A DNA stretch of 64,000 bases from Octopus sinensis (taxonomy: Eukaryota): the NCBI RefSeq assembly GCF_006345805.1, contig NC_043001.1, positions 13,516,001 through 13,580,000 on the forward strand, written 5' to 3'. The notes beneath the pieces were generated by a model, which was given only the letters and a program-made list of their open reading frames with translations, was not told the DNA's origin and searched no databases. The translations under genes were made by a program, and so were the position numbers. Positions 49,671-60,807 of this stretch are shown piece after piece; the first letter of the stretch is position 1; every line of letters starts with the position of its first letter.

Positions 49671-50731
49671 ATAAAAGAATATACAATTTCATATCGTGTC
49701 ACATATGTACATGCTTATGATTATTATGGTGGAAGGTGATATTAATTTACTCGGATTCGCAGTCTGTACGGGCGTACCATCGTCTGACTGTCCCATCTGC
49801 TTGAACCTGCTGTGAAAATCTATTAATCCAAGCATTCAAAGGAAATTTTAATATGTGTAGTTTTATTCCCACTAAGATTGGCATTGGCCAACCCCACTTT
49901 ACCATAATACTTAAAGCGACTAACCTGATGAGATAGTTCCTAAATAAATAAATATGATGAAGCTGATTAGTGAAATGTCCTTCACGTTTAAGGACGACAC
50001 ACCACTAAGGGTTTTGTTATGGGGATAATCAAAATAAATTTCACTGTAAAAAACCGTAAGAGTGGATGAATTAAGGTTTAAACTTTGAGAGATAATGTGC
50101 ATAGATATTAAACGGGATATTACTTGCCACCTGTTAATTTATTGCCTCAGATTATCAGTAGTGCCTGACCCAGAAGAGTATTCAGTAATTATTCATACAA
50201 TAAATAATGACCTTTATTTGATAACCAGTTGATCTAGCAAACGGCGCCTCATATCAGTGAGTGGGGCCGGTGCGCACTGATGCCATCGAGAGGTGGGCCT
50301 CGAAACGCCACGCATTTTCTCCTGATGACTCCATACACTTGCTGACTTCCGGAATGCAGAGTCCTTGACTGGTAGCACTTGCATGTGCTAGTTGTTAGCA
50401 AGACATATAGAGTCTATTAAATTTTGGATATGAAATAAATGATGACCTTATAATTATTCAATACCTGTAGAGCGTCTTTTGGTGACAGCCTATACAAACG
50501 CATTAACAACAGGTAATGCACAAATAAAAAAGGTGAGAAATGCTGTCGAAATGCGTGAGCTTCTGGTATAGAGGGGTATTTTGTATTAAGTTGATGTCAG
50601 TTGATACATCTCTCCTTCATTTTTGGGGATTTATCTGACGATATATATCATTATCGCCTGAAATAGAGTCTCACAAACTACAAATAAGGTTATTCGACAA
50701 TACATACATATGTATATATGTATGTTTATTG

Positions 50732-50779
<48 letters not shown>

Positions 50780-50928
50780 GTAAGTATTTATATATATGTA
50801 ATATATATATGGATATATGTATGTAAGTATATATATACGGTGTTTATATCTATATATGTATATATCTATGTATATATGTATATAATTGTATGTATAAATG
50901 AATGTGCAAGCATTTGTGCGTGCGTACT

Positions 50929-50961
<33 letters not shown>

Positions 50962-51227
50962 ATGTGTGTGTGTGTGTGTGTGTCTGTGCGTGTGTGTATG
51001 TGTGTGTGTTTATGAATCCATGGCTGTATTTATTATTATGAAGTTTATACAAGTGAATGACTTTTAACCATTTTCGCTTTTGTGCATACGTTTTTTGCAG
51101 CGAACTTGCGTCATTCGGTCTGCCAAGGAATATAATCTCTTTGTTTAGAATCTTTTCCATTATATATCATCAACTCTTGAATAGTTGTGAATGGACATCA
51201 TTTAAAATGGAATTTCGCAACCTTCGA

Positions 51228-51296
51228 AATTACGGGGAAATAAAAACACCAACATCGGTTGTCAAGCGATGTTGGGGGGACAAACACAGACACACA

Positions 51297-51348
<52 letters not shown>

Positions 51349-51670
51349 AAGACTCCGCCGGTTACGACGACGAGGGTCCCAGCTGATACGATCAACGGAA
51401 CAGCTTGCTCGTGAAATTAACGTGCAAATGGCTGAGCATTCCACAGACACGTGTACCCTTAACGTAGTTCTCGGGGATAATCAGCATGACACAGAGAGAG
51501 TGACAAGGCTGACACTTTGAAATACAAGTACAACTCATTTTTGCCAGCTGAGTGGACTGGAGCAACGTGAAATAAAGTGTCTTGCTCAAGGACACAACGC
51601 GTCGCCGGGAATCGAACTCACAACCTTACGATCATGAGCCGAATGCCCTAACCACTAAGCCACGCGCCCT

Positions 51671-51708
<38 letters not shown>

Positions 51709-51851
51709 GTTTCTTTCACTTCCCGTCTACCAAATCCACTCACAAGGATTTGGTCGGCCCGAGGCCATAGAAGAATACACTTGCCAAAGGGACTGAACCC
51801 GGAACCATGTATGTCGTAAGCAAGCTACTTACCACACAACCACTCCTACGC
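51228..51851 (-). mobile_element. SINE family B with a nested family D SINE in its (TA)n
   Basis: Tail part at 51228-51300, head at 51700-51851. Confidence 0.85.
51353..51673 (-). mobile_element. SINE family D
   Basis: Near-identical to 19547-19859. Confidence 0.9.
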
Positions 51852-51887
<36 letters not shown>

Positions 51888-52374
51888 TATATATATTATA
51901 TATATATAATATTCACATCTATATCCATAGAATGGAGGAGCAAAAATCTCCTATACTATTTGTAAATGTCCTGAAACGTTAAGAACTATTGATTGTTTGA
52001 ACCATATTTTTCTCACCTCACGTAATGCACATTGCAGACAATACGGTGAGAAAGAATTGCCTCAAACACATGAAAGGATACAATGCAAATAAGTAGGAAA
52101 CACTTGTAAAACAATCGTAGCTCATAACTTGGTGTTATTTATAGAATATTTAGTTTACAATTTTCACATCTATGTTCAAATATGTTTCCAGCGCATATCA
52201 AGTGCATTGTAACATTATGTACTGCAGTATTTAACTTTTTAAACAATGCATACACATTTCACATTCTTGCATCACAGAATCTAAGCAAAATCTTTAAAAA
52301 CAAAATGTTGCATTATCAGCGGCAAACAATGGACTTCATTGTGCCAAATATGTTTGTTACATAAACCAGAATAA

Positions 52375-52765
52375 TCTTTATATATAAAAGTAAGGTTGTG
52401 TGTCTGTCTCCTACGATTTAGATTCCTAACTACTCCCACATTTTGCGGTGCAGTTTAACCAAACCGGGATCTTATAGTCGTGATTCATATCGAGCCCTTC
52501 TGGGTATTAGCGTGCGTCTACGATTTCAAAAAAAAAATTGACCATCATTTTTTTCCCATTTTAATGCATTTTTTTCGCTATTATATAAGGGAAGTAACTC
52601 TCTAAAAATGTCTACGATGAGTCAACGATTTAAAAAAAAAATTACCATAATTTGTTTTCCATTTTTAATGCATTTTTTTTTTCTATTTTTTGGCTATAAC
52701 TCTCTAAAAATGCTTATATAGTTATTTCCCCTACAAACCCGAGCAACGCCGGGCGATACTGCTAG
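52375..52765 (+). mobile_element. Non-autonomous Helitron
   Basis: A|TCTTTATATATAAAA start, CCCGAGCAACGCCGGG hairpin, CTAG|T end. Confidence 0.88.
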
Positions 52766-53039
52766 TATAATTATAATACATATCTATTTTAAAATGTCCA
52801 CGACGTTAAATATTGCCACAATAAAACCGTTGTCAATGCCGTGTAAAAGCTGATTTCTGTAGCCAAATGTAAGATGAATAAGCGAAAAGCGATTGTGGCG
52901 AAAACGCCTATTTTGTCTAAAGTCATATAAAGCAGCAGATAGAATTTGTGAAACAGCATTTAATCTGCACAAATCGCAATTAAAGTGTGTTTATAGCCGA
53001 ACAGAACTTTGGCGTATATACATATATATATATACACCC

Positions 53040-53325
53040 AATATTTTATAATTATGAGTATAATTAAAATTAGAGTTCAGCAAAAATTTGCTTTACCACA
53101 TACCGAAATTTAGAAATAGCAGCCAAAGAACCTTATTTATTTCTTCTACTATAAGAAGAAACTCCAGGACAATAAAAATACTCAAAATACTTTTGTTGTC
53201 CGAGAGCTTCTTATAGTAGAAGTAATAACTAAGGTTGTTTGGCTGCTATTTCTAAAGTTCGGTATGTGGTAAAGCAAATTTTTGCTGAACCCTAATTATA
53301 ATTATACTCATAATTATAAAATATT
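53040..53325. mobile_element. ~285-bp near-perfect hairpin element (MITE-like)
   Basis: Arms 53040-53158 and 53207-53325 are reverse complements, with further pairing inward. Confidence 0.8.
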
Positions 53326-53874
53326 CTTTAAGTTTACCGATAAAAGGTTTTTTTAACATGCCGGATACTACTTGGTCGCATTATTAATTACTAGTTAATT
53401 GATTAATTTTACCTTTATATATATATATATATATATATTGCCTATTGAGTTCAGCAGAATTTGTATCATTTCAATTTTGTCGATTTAATAAATGTCTTAT
53501 GTGATATATTCTCATGAGTTAGATTTTCTTGTTTATTATGTTTCCTTGCAATTTGAAATTTCAGCCATAAATATATCTCCAGAAGGCCCGAGAGATATTT
53601 ATAATGCTTAACATTATACACATAATACAATGTGAAGAAGTAATTTAATATTTCCCCGGGCAATTGGATCTATCATTATGACCTATTGAACTTTCCCCTC
53701 GTGACGATGTTAGATCTGCAAAACTGACAATGAGATAATGATGATATTATATTTAAGAATTCATCAGATATGCGAGTATATTTATAATTGGATATTCTCT
53801 CATAATTCTAAGAAACGAATCGTGAAGAAGGGCGTGTTTTTTTTTTCTTATAAAAACAAATAAAGTGATATTTA

Positions 53875-54482
53875 TCTTGCCTCGTTGTCTGTTCTTGTTT
53901 GTCCCCTCTGTCTTTAGCCCCTTGTGGGTAGTATAGAAATAGGTGTTCTGTCTGTATTTACGTTCTAAGTTCAAATTCCGCCGAAGTAGACTTTGCTTTT
54001 CATCCTTTCGGGGTCGATTAAATAAGTACCACTCACGCACTGGGGTCGATGTAATCGACTTAATCCATTTGTCTGTCCTTGTTTGTCCTCTCTGTGTTTA
54101 GCCCCTTGTGGGTAGTAAAGAAATAGGCATTTCGTCTGCCGTTACGTTCTGAGTTCAAATTTCGCCGAGGTCGACTTTGCCTTTCATCCTTTCGGGGTCG
54201 ATAAAGTAAGTACCAGTTATGCACTGGGGTCTATGTAGTCAACTTAATAATTTGTCCTTGTTTGTCCTCTCTATGTTTAGCCCCTTGTGGGTAGTAAAGA
54301 AATAGGCATTTCGTCTGCCGTTACGTTCTGAGTTCAAATTTCGCCGAGGTCGACTTTGCCTTTCATCCTTTCGGGGTCGATAAAGTAAGTACCAGTTATG
54401 CACTGGGGTCTATGTAGTCAACTTAATAATTTGTCCTTGTTTGTCCTCTCTATGTTTAGCCCCTTGTGGGCAATAAAGAAAA
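53875..54482 (+). mobile_element. SINE family A headless tandem array (partial unit + 3 units)
   Basis: Repeated ~180-bp units; the last two are identical apart from the terminus. Confidence 0.9.
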
Positions 54483-54712
54483 AGAAAATCACTTCGTGGT
54501 CACTAAAAATGTCCCACGTGGCAGTCACCAATCTCGTCAATACAGCGTTTGGATATTTTCGAGGAAATACCTTGTTTCTGAATACTAAAAAGAAGAGTTT
54601 AAATATCACAACAGTCTTCATTATAAATGCATTATTTCTATCATATTAGAAGAGTCTCCGTCAAAACAAAATATACAGTCTTGCATAATTTGAACTCGTG
54701 GTTTATATTTCA

Positions 54713-55010
54713 CTAGCACTATCGCCCGGCGTTGCTCGGGTTTGTAAGGGAAATGACTATATAAGCATTTTTAGAGAGTTACTTCCCTTATCTAATAGCC
54801 AAAAAATGAATTAAAAATGGGAAAAAATTATGTTAATTGTTTTTTTAATCGTAGACTCATCGTAGACGCGCGCTAATACCCAGAAGGGCTCGTTATGAAT
54901 CACGACTATAAGATACCCGTTTTTGGTTAAACTGCACCGCAAAATGTGGGAGTAGTTAGGAATCTAAATCGTAGGAGACAGACACACAACTTCACTTTTA
55001 TATATAAAGA
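54713..55010 (-). mobile_element. Non-autonomous Helitron, same family as 52375-52765
   Basis: Same 5' TC(TTTATATATAAAA), hairpin and CTAG ends in reverse complement. Confidence 0.88.
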
Positions 55011-55307
55011 TAATAGTCAAAACAATTTATGATATTAATACATAAATGTTCTGTTCATAACTACAACTCTATAGACTATAAGACAAATCGACAGGTGCAG
55101 ATCGGATATTGAATAAAAACAGCAGCAAAATAGGAGGATAAAGCCCTGGGTTTCCGCAAATGAGTCGTGAAATATTCATCAAATGAAATTATCGTGACGG
55201 TAAACTTAGGGGTAGGATTTGGTATTATTGACGAAATAATGAATTGAATACTTGCCGTGGTAAACTTAATTGTTCATCCGTCCAAACTCGAGAGAACAAA
55301 ATACCTG

Positions 55308-55722
55308 CTTCTTTATTACCCAGAAGGGGCTAAACACAGAGAGAACAAACAAGGACAGACAAACGGATTACGTCGATTATATCGACCCCAGTGCGCAACT
55401 GGTACTTATATAATCGACCCCGAAAGGATGAAAAGCAAAGTCGACCTCGGCGGATTTTGAACTCAGAACGTAACGGCAGACGAAATGCCTATTTCTTTAC
55501 TACCCACAAGGGGCTAAACACAGAGAGGACAAACAAGGACAGACAAAGGGATTACGTCGACTATATCGACCACAGTGCGTAACTGGTACTTAATTTATCA
55601 ACCCCGAAATGATGAAAGGCAAAGTCGACCTCGACGGAATTTGAACTTAGAACATAACGGCAGACGAAATACGGCTACGCATTTCGCCCGGCGTGCTAAC
55701 GTTTCTGCCAGCTCGCCGCCTT
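55308..55722 (-). mobile_element. SINE family A dimer
   Basis: Head plus two units. Confidence 0.9.
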
Positions 55723-55844
55723 CAAGGAATAAAATACCAGTCAGGTATTTAGACGATGTGAACGTGGACACTTCCACGCTTCACAATTGCTGGTATTATG
55801 CTTGGAATAGAATTAATTAAGTACGTTATGATATTAATTATATT

Positions 55845-56252
55845 TTTATTGCCCACAAGGGGTTAGACATAGAAGGGAGAAACAAGAACAGAGAAAGGGA
55901 TTAAGTCGATTATATCGACCCCAGTGCGTAACTGGTACTTATTTAGTCGACCCCGAATGGATGAAAAGCAAAGTTTGCCTCGGCGGAATTCGAACTCGAA
56001 CATAGCGGCAGACGAAATACCTATTTCATTACTGCACACAAGGGGCTAAACACAGAGAGGAGAAACAAGGACAGACAAACGGATTAAGTCGATTACATCG
56101 ACCCCAGTGCGTAACTGGTACTTATTTCATTGACCCCAAAGGATGAAAGGCAAAGTCGACCTGGCGGAATTTGAACTCAGAACGTAGCGGCAGACGAAAT
56201 ACCGCTAAGCAATTCGTCCCGTGTGCTAACGTTTCTGCCAGCTCGCCGCCTT
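55845..56252 (-). mobile_element. SINE family A dimer
   Basis: Head plus two units. Confidence 0.9.
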
Positions 56253-56864
56253 ATGTTATGATAATAATTCAATGAATGATGTTCGGTTTGCTCGAAATCA
56301 GTTCCTTAGTTTCTTGAGATAAGAAGCGTAAACAATTCCGGTGCTAGGTTAGCTGAGTTAAACTACCCAATAATATTAAAGCAAGGTTACATTATCTTAC
56401 TTTACAGAAACAAAAAGGAAAAGCGAGACTAAACAAAGTTCCAACTTGCTGGAAATAGCCTAATATATCGCGTAGTAATCAAACATTATTCACTCAACAA
56501 AGAAAGATCGAATTAGATAATGCAGTGAAAATTCCAATGACCGAACAGAAGAAAACCAGGAATGTTTGTGAAATCCTTTGATCATTGGTTTTTTTCAGTC
56601 ACTGTTTACTTCGGGCTAAACAACAAAAATAATTTACCCGGAATTTTGTGTAGCTACGTTGTTTGATCAGATTTACAACACTTCACCAATTTCGAAAGAC
56701 AAAAAATGCAACGCCAGCACCAACGCTGCTGCTGCTACTACTACTACTACTACTACACACGCACCCACACATACACACACAACATATAATGAACTAGCAG
56801 TTGGTCAAATAAACACTATGTCACGTGAATCACTCTCTTTCCTGCGATGTATGCATTTTATGGT

Positions 56865-57170
56865 GGAGGCTCAATGGCCCAGTGGTTAAGGGCAGCGGAC
56901 TCGTTGTCGGAGGATCGCGGTTTCGATTCCCAGACCGGGCGTTTTGTGTGTTTATTGAGCGAAAACACCTAATGTTCCACGAGGCTCCGGCAAAGGGTTG
57001 TGTCGACCCTTGTTGTACTCTTTCGCCCCAACTTTCTCTAGCTCTTTCTTCCTGCTTATGAGTAATGCTGTGATAGACGGCGTCCCGTCCAGCTGGGGAG
57101 AACACATACGCCACAGAAACCGGAAACCGGGCCCATGAGCCTGGCTAGGCTTGAAAAGGGCGCATAAATG
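56865..57170 (+). mobile_element. SINE with family C head and a different (V-SINE-like) tail
   Basis: GGAGGCTCAATGGCCCAGTGG head; tail GACGGCGTCCCGTCCAG..GAAACCGG differs from 41215-41600. Confidence 0.75.
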
Positions 57171-57317
57171 AAAAAAGAAATATACATTTTATTAATGTGG
57201 ATGAGTGTTTTCATAATCGAATGGTCGAAGATAAAATGCTGATGCCATGATTACAACAGTAATATCTAGTATATACATCCTCCATTCGGTCCTTGAATTA
57301 TGTTTGTTATTTCCAGA

Positions 57318-57680
57318 CAAATGGATTAAGTCGATTAGATCGACCCCAGTGTGTAACCGGTACTTAATTTATCGACCCCGAAAAGATGAAAGGCTAAGTC
57401 GACCTCGTCGGAATTTGAATTCAGAACGTAACGGCAGACGAAATACCTATTTCTTTACTATCCACAAAGGGCTAAACACAGAGAGGACAAACAAGGACAG
57501 AAAAACGGATTAAGCCGATTATAACGACTCCAGTGCGTAACTGGTATTTAATTTATCGACCCCGAAAGGATGAAATGCAAAGTCGACCTCGGCGGAATTT
57601 GAACTCAGAACGTAACAGCAGACGAAATACCGCAGAGTACTTCGCCCAGTGTGCTAACGATTCTGCCAACTCGCCGCCTT
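57318..57680 (-). mobile_element. SINE family A dimer (3' truncated)
   Basis: Head plus two units. Confidence 0.88.
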
Positions 57681-57945
57681 CCTTGAATTATGTTTGTCAG
57701 TGCATATTTCTCAATAGCGCAATGTAACTTTTGTCTGATCCGCCCGCTGTAGAAACCATCACATATTGATTTCAAATTAGGGGACATGTCTAGCACTTTT
57801 CGAGGATGGGGTAAATCGATAATATCGACTCCAGTGCTCATCTGTACTTCTTTTATTGATTCCAAAAGGATTGAAACCCTAGCCTCAGACCTCGCAAATC
57901 ATTTTTAGTGTCCTTGCAGAATAGAAGGAAACGTTTACTCTTACT

Positions 57946-58434
57946 AATAGAAATATTAAAATTACTAAGTCTCTATAAAAGAGATTACGGCAGCGTTTAC
58001 TGGAAATTAATTGTTATCGCCATATTAATATGGCATTCTTATAGATATAAGAATAATCGCTGCCGCTGGTCAGCTCCATGAGGCCACCGCCATCAAGATA
58101 GCTATTGATACACGATCTGTATCCATTATAGCCTTGGAACAAGTGGATGTATTCCACTAAAACTAGGTAAATAGAAACCTTCGAACAGAGACGTCAGTGG
58201 CGACACCTGCGGGTCTGACTGCGCTACATTGACAAGGGGCAATACCCCGAAACGCGTCTGTAGCTGTCGGACTGGCAGTGTGAAGCGGCTGACCTCCCTT
58301 GTTCGAAGGTTATAATGGATACAGATCGTGTATCAATGGCTATCTTGATGGCGATGGCCTCATGGAGCTGACCAGCGGCAGCGATTATTTTTATATCTAT
58401 AAGAATGCCATATTAATATGGCGATAACAATTAA
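57946..58434 (+). mobile_element. Hammerhead-containing repeat with 5' inversion and 11-12 bp TSD
   Basis: TTTACTCTTACT at 57934-57945 and 58435-58446; inverted arms 58005-58143 and 58298-58434. Confidence 0.85.
58223..58264 (+). ncRNA. Minimal type I hammerhead ribozyme, U3-A8 variant
   Basis: GCTACA TTGACAA GGGG-CAATA-CCCC GAAAC GC GTC TGTAGC: perfect 6-bp stem I, palindromic stem III. Confidence 0.82.
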
Positions 58435-58439
58435 TTTAC

Positions 58440-58810
58440 TCTTACTCTCGTTACTCTTTTACTTGTTTCAGTCATTTCACTGTGGCCATGCCGGAGCACC
58501 GCCTTTAGTCGAGCAAATCCACCCCAGGACATATTCTTTGTAAGCCTAGTACTTATTCTATCGGTATATTTTGTCCAACCTGTAAGTTACGGGGACGTAA
58601 ACACACCAGCATCGGTTGTCAAGCGATGTTGGGGGGGGCAAACACAGACACATAAACATATATACATACATACACATATATACGACGGGCTTCTTTCAGT
58701 TTCCGTCTACCAAATCCACTCAAAAGGCTTTGGTCGGCCCGAGACTATAGTAGACGACACTAGCCAAAGGGGCCACGCAGTGGGACTGAACCCGGAACCA
58801 TGTAGTTCGT
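58440..58810 (-). mobile_element. SINE family B, 5' truncated
   Basis: Reverse complement of tail, microsatellite and partial head. Confidence 0.9.
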
Positions 58811-58904
58811 TTCCATTTTCCGCCACTTTTCAGTAGGGTTTTCGGAGTTGTGCAGATTGCATCTTTACCGCACAAGTGTATTTTACTTTTGTGTTGCGTA
58901 ATAT

Positions 58905-59135
58905 CTGTTTCTTTATTACCCACAATGGGGCTAAACATAGAGGGGACAAACAAGGACAGACATACGTATTAAGTCGATTACATCGACCCCAGTGCGTAAC
59001 TGGTATTTAATTTATCGACCCCGAAAGGATAAAAGGCAAAGTCGACCTCGGCGGAATTTGAACTCAGAACGTAACGACAGACGAAATACGGCTACGCATT
59101 TCGCCCGGCGTGCTAACGTTTCTGCCATCTCGCCT
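58905..59135 (-). mobile_element. SINE family A monomer
   Basis: Reverse complement close to consensus. Confidence 0.92.
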
Positions 59136-59148
59136 TATAATGATGATG

Positions 59149-59195
<47 letters not shown>

Positions 59196-59200
<5 letters not shown>

Positions 59201-59408
59201 TATTCACACAAATACATAACAAAAACACCAGGACTTACAAACACATATAACATACAGAAAATTGCACTACTAGGCACTGCACACATCCTACGCAGAACAC
59301 TTTCCATACAATAACCATCAGAGCATCACAACAAACCACAGCACATACCCAAGGCACACAGAGCTGCGCTCGGTAGTGAAGTGAAAGCACGCTATAAAAA
59401 TAAAACTA

Positions 59409-59411
<3 letters not shown>
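59196..59411 (+). mobile_element. R4/Dong-like 3' end in (TAA)n
   Basis: ..NIQKIALLGTAHILRRTLSIQ* (RLE-clade C-terminus) plus 3' UTR; TAA tracts on both sides. Confidence 0.85.
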
Positions 59412-59439
<28 letters not shown>

Positions 59440-59560
59440 TAATAATAATAACAATAAGAGTAACAATTATAATAATAATAATAATATGTTCTTCCCACTT
59501 AAAGAAATATCAGCAAGATACTGTTGACAAGAGAAAGGGGAAATGCTTTTTTAAATGTAG

Positions 59561-59718
59561 AGAACCGACATCACTTATGTGATTTTGGCTGTGGAAACTA
59601 CATTGAGAATAGAAAAGTTTTAATATTATATGAAGCCAAAAGTATTAAAACTGTCATTAGAACAGCGTTAGAATTCCAGAACAGAAACGAGAACGACAGG
59701 ATAAATAGCTTGGGAGAG
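59561..59718 (+). CDS. Candidate exon, unknown protein (ENRHHLCDFGCGNYIENRKVLILYEAKSIKTVIRTALEFQNRNENDRINSLGE)
   Basis: TTTTTTAAATGTAG acceptor, open frame, GAG|GTAAAC donor; no homologue recognised. Confidence 0.18.
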
Positions 59719-60288
59719 GTAAACTTATAAGGCGATTACCTTCAATAAACCGAAAGTGAAGAATGCTACTTATGATTGACAAATGGAAGCACGAAACACG
59801 CATGGAACTGAATCGGTGATTTGAACCAATCAGGAAACAACGTTAGAACAAAAAATGGAGGAACGCGAAATAAAATGAACATGCAGAATGCGAGCAAGAT
59901 TAAGTATTACCTGTGTGAGGTGGGAATCTTGAACGTAATCTATGTCAAGTTGATTGCGTCAATAAAACAGAACCTGGATGTTATTTAAGTTTTATAGATT
60001 CGAAGCGAAAGTGGTGGAATCGTGTGACCAAAAACCAAAGGCTGCCGGAGTGAAATATAATCTCCAGATTTTATGCAATTTGTGTATTGGCGACCGTATT
60101 ATTGCATCAAAAAAGATGGGTATGATCCTAGACAGAATAAAGGGTAGAAAATGAGAAAAAAAATATAAGAACGTTGACTTCTCAGTCGCAAATCTTAGAG
60201 GAGCGGATATCAAAATGATTGAAAAAAGCGAGAGATATGATGACCTTGCCCAGGGAGAGGAGGATATTATGCAACTCAAAGGCGGCGA

Positions 60289-60688
60289 GTTGGCAGAATC
60301 GTTAGCACGCCGGGCAAAATGCTTAGTGGTATTTCGCCTACCGCTACGTTCTGAGTACAAATTCCGTCGTGGTCGACTTTGCCTTTCATCCTTTCGGGGT
60401 CGATAAATTAAGTACCAGTTACGCACTGGGGTTGATATGATCGACTTAATCCGTTTGTGTGTCCTTGTTCGTCCCCTCTGTGTTTAGCTCTTTGTGGGTA
60501 GTAAAGAAATAGGTATTTCGTCTGCCGTTACATTTTGAGTTCAGGTCAAATACCTCCAGGGTCGACTTTGCCTTTCATCCTTTCGGAGTGAAGTACCAGT
60601 TACGCACTGAGGTCGATATAATCGACTTAATCCCTTTCTCTGTTCTTGTTTCTCCCTTCTACGTCTAGCCCCTTGTGGGCAATAAAAA
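60289..60688 (+). mobile_element. SINE family A dimer
   Basis: Head plus two units. Confidence 0.9.
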
Positions 60689-60807
60689 TCTAATTAATAT
60701 CATAATGTAGTTAATTCATTATATTCCAAGCATAATACCAGCAATTTTGAAGCGCGGAAGTGTCCACGTTCACATCGTCTAAATACCTGACTGGTATTTT
60801 ATTCTCT

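Noticed and set aside
49925-49968. TGATGA / CTGA boxes suggesting a C/D snoRNA
   Set aside because: The boxes are too close or in the wrong order, and there is no terminal stem.
56408-56465. Strong acceptor TTATCTTACTTTACAG
   Set aside because: All frames stop within about 20 codons with no donor, so it cannot be supported even as a terminal exon.
55391-60426. Recurrent peptide MRNWYLIYRPRKDERQSRPRRNLNSER
   Set aside because: It is the antisense reading of SINE family A; it recurs because the SINE recurs, mostly from GTG starts and with variable stops.
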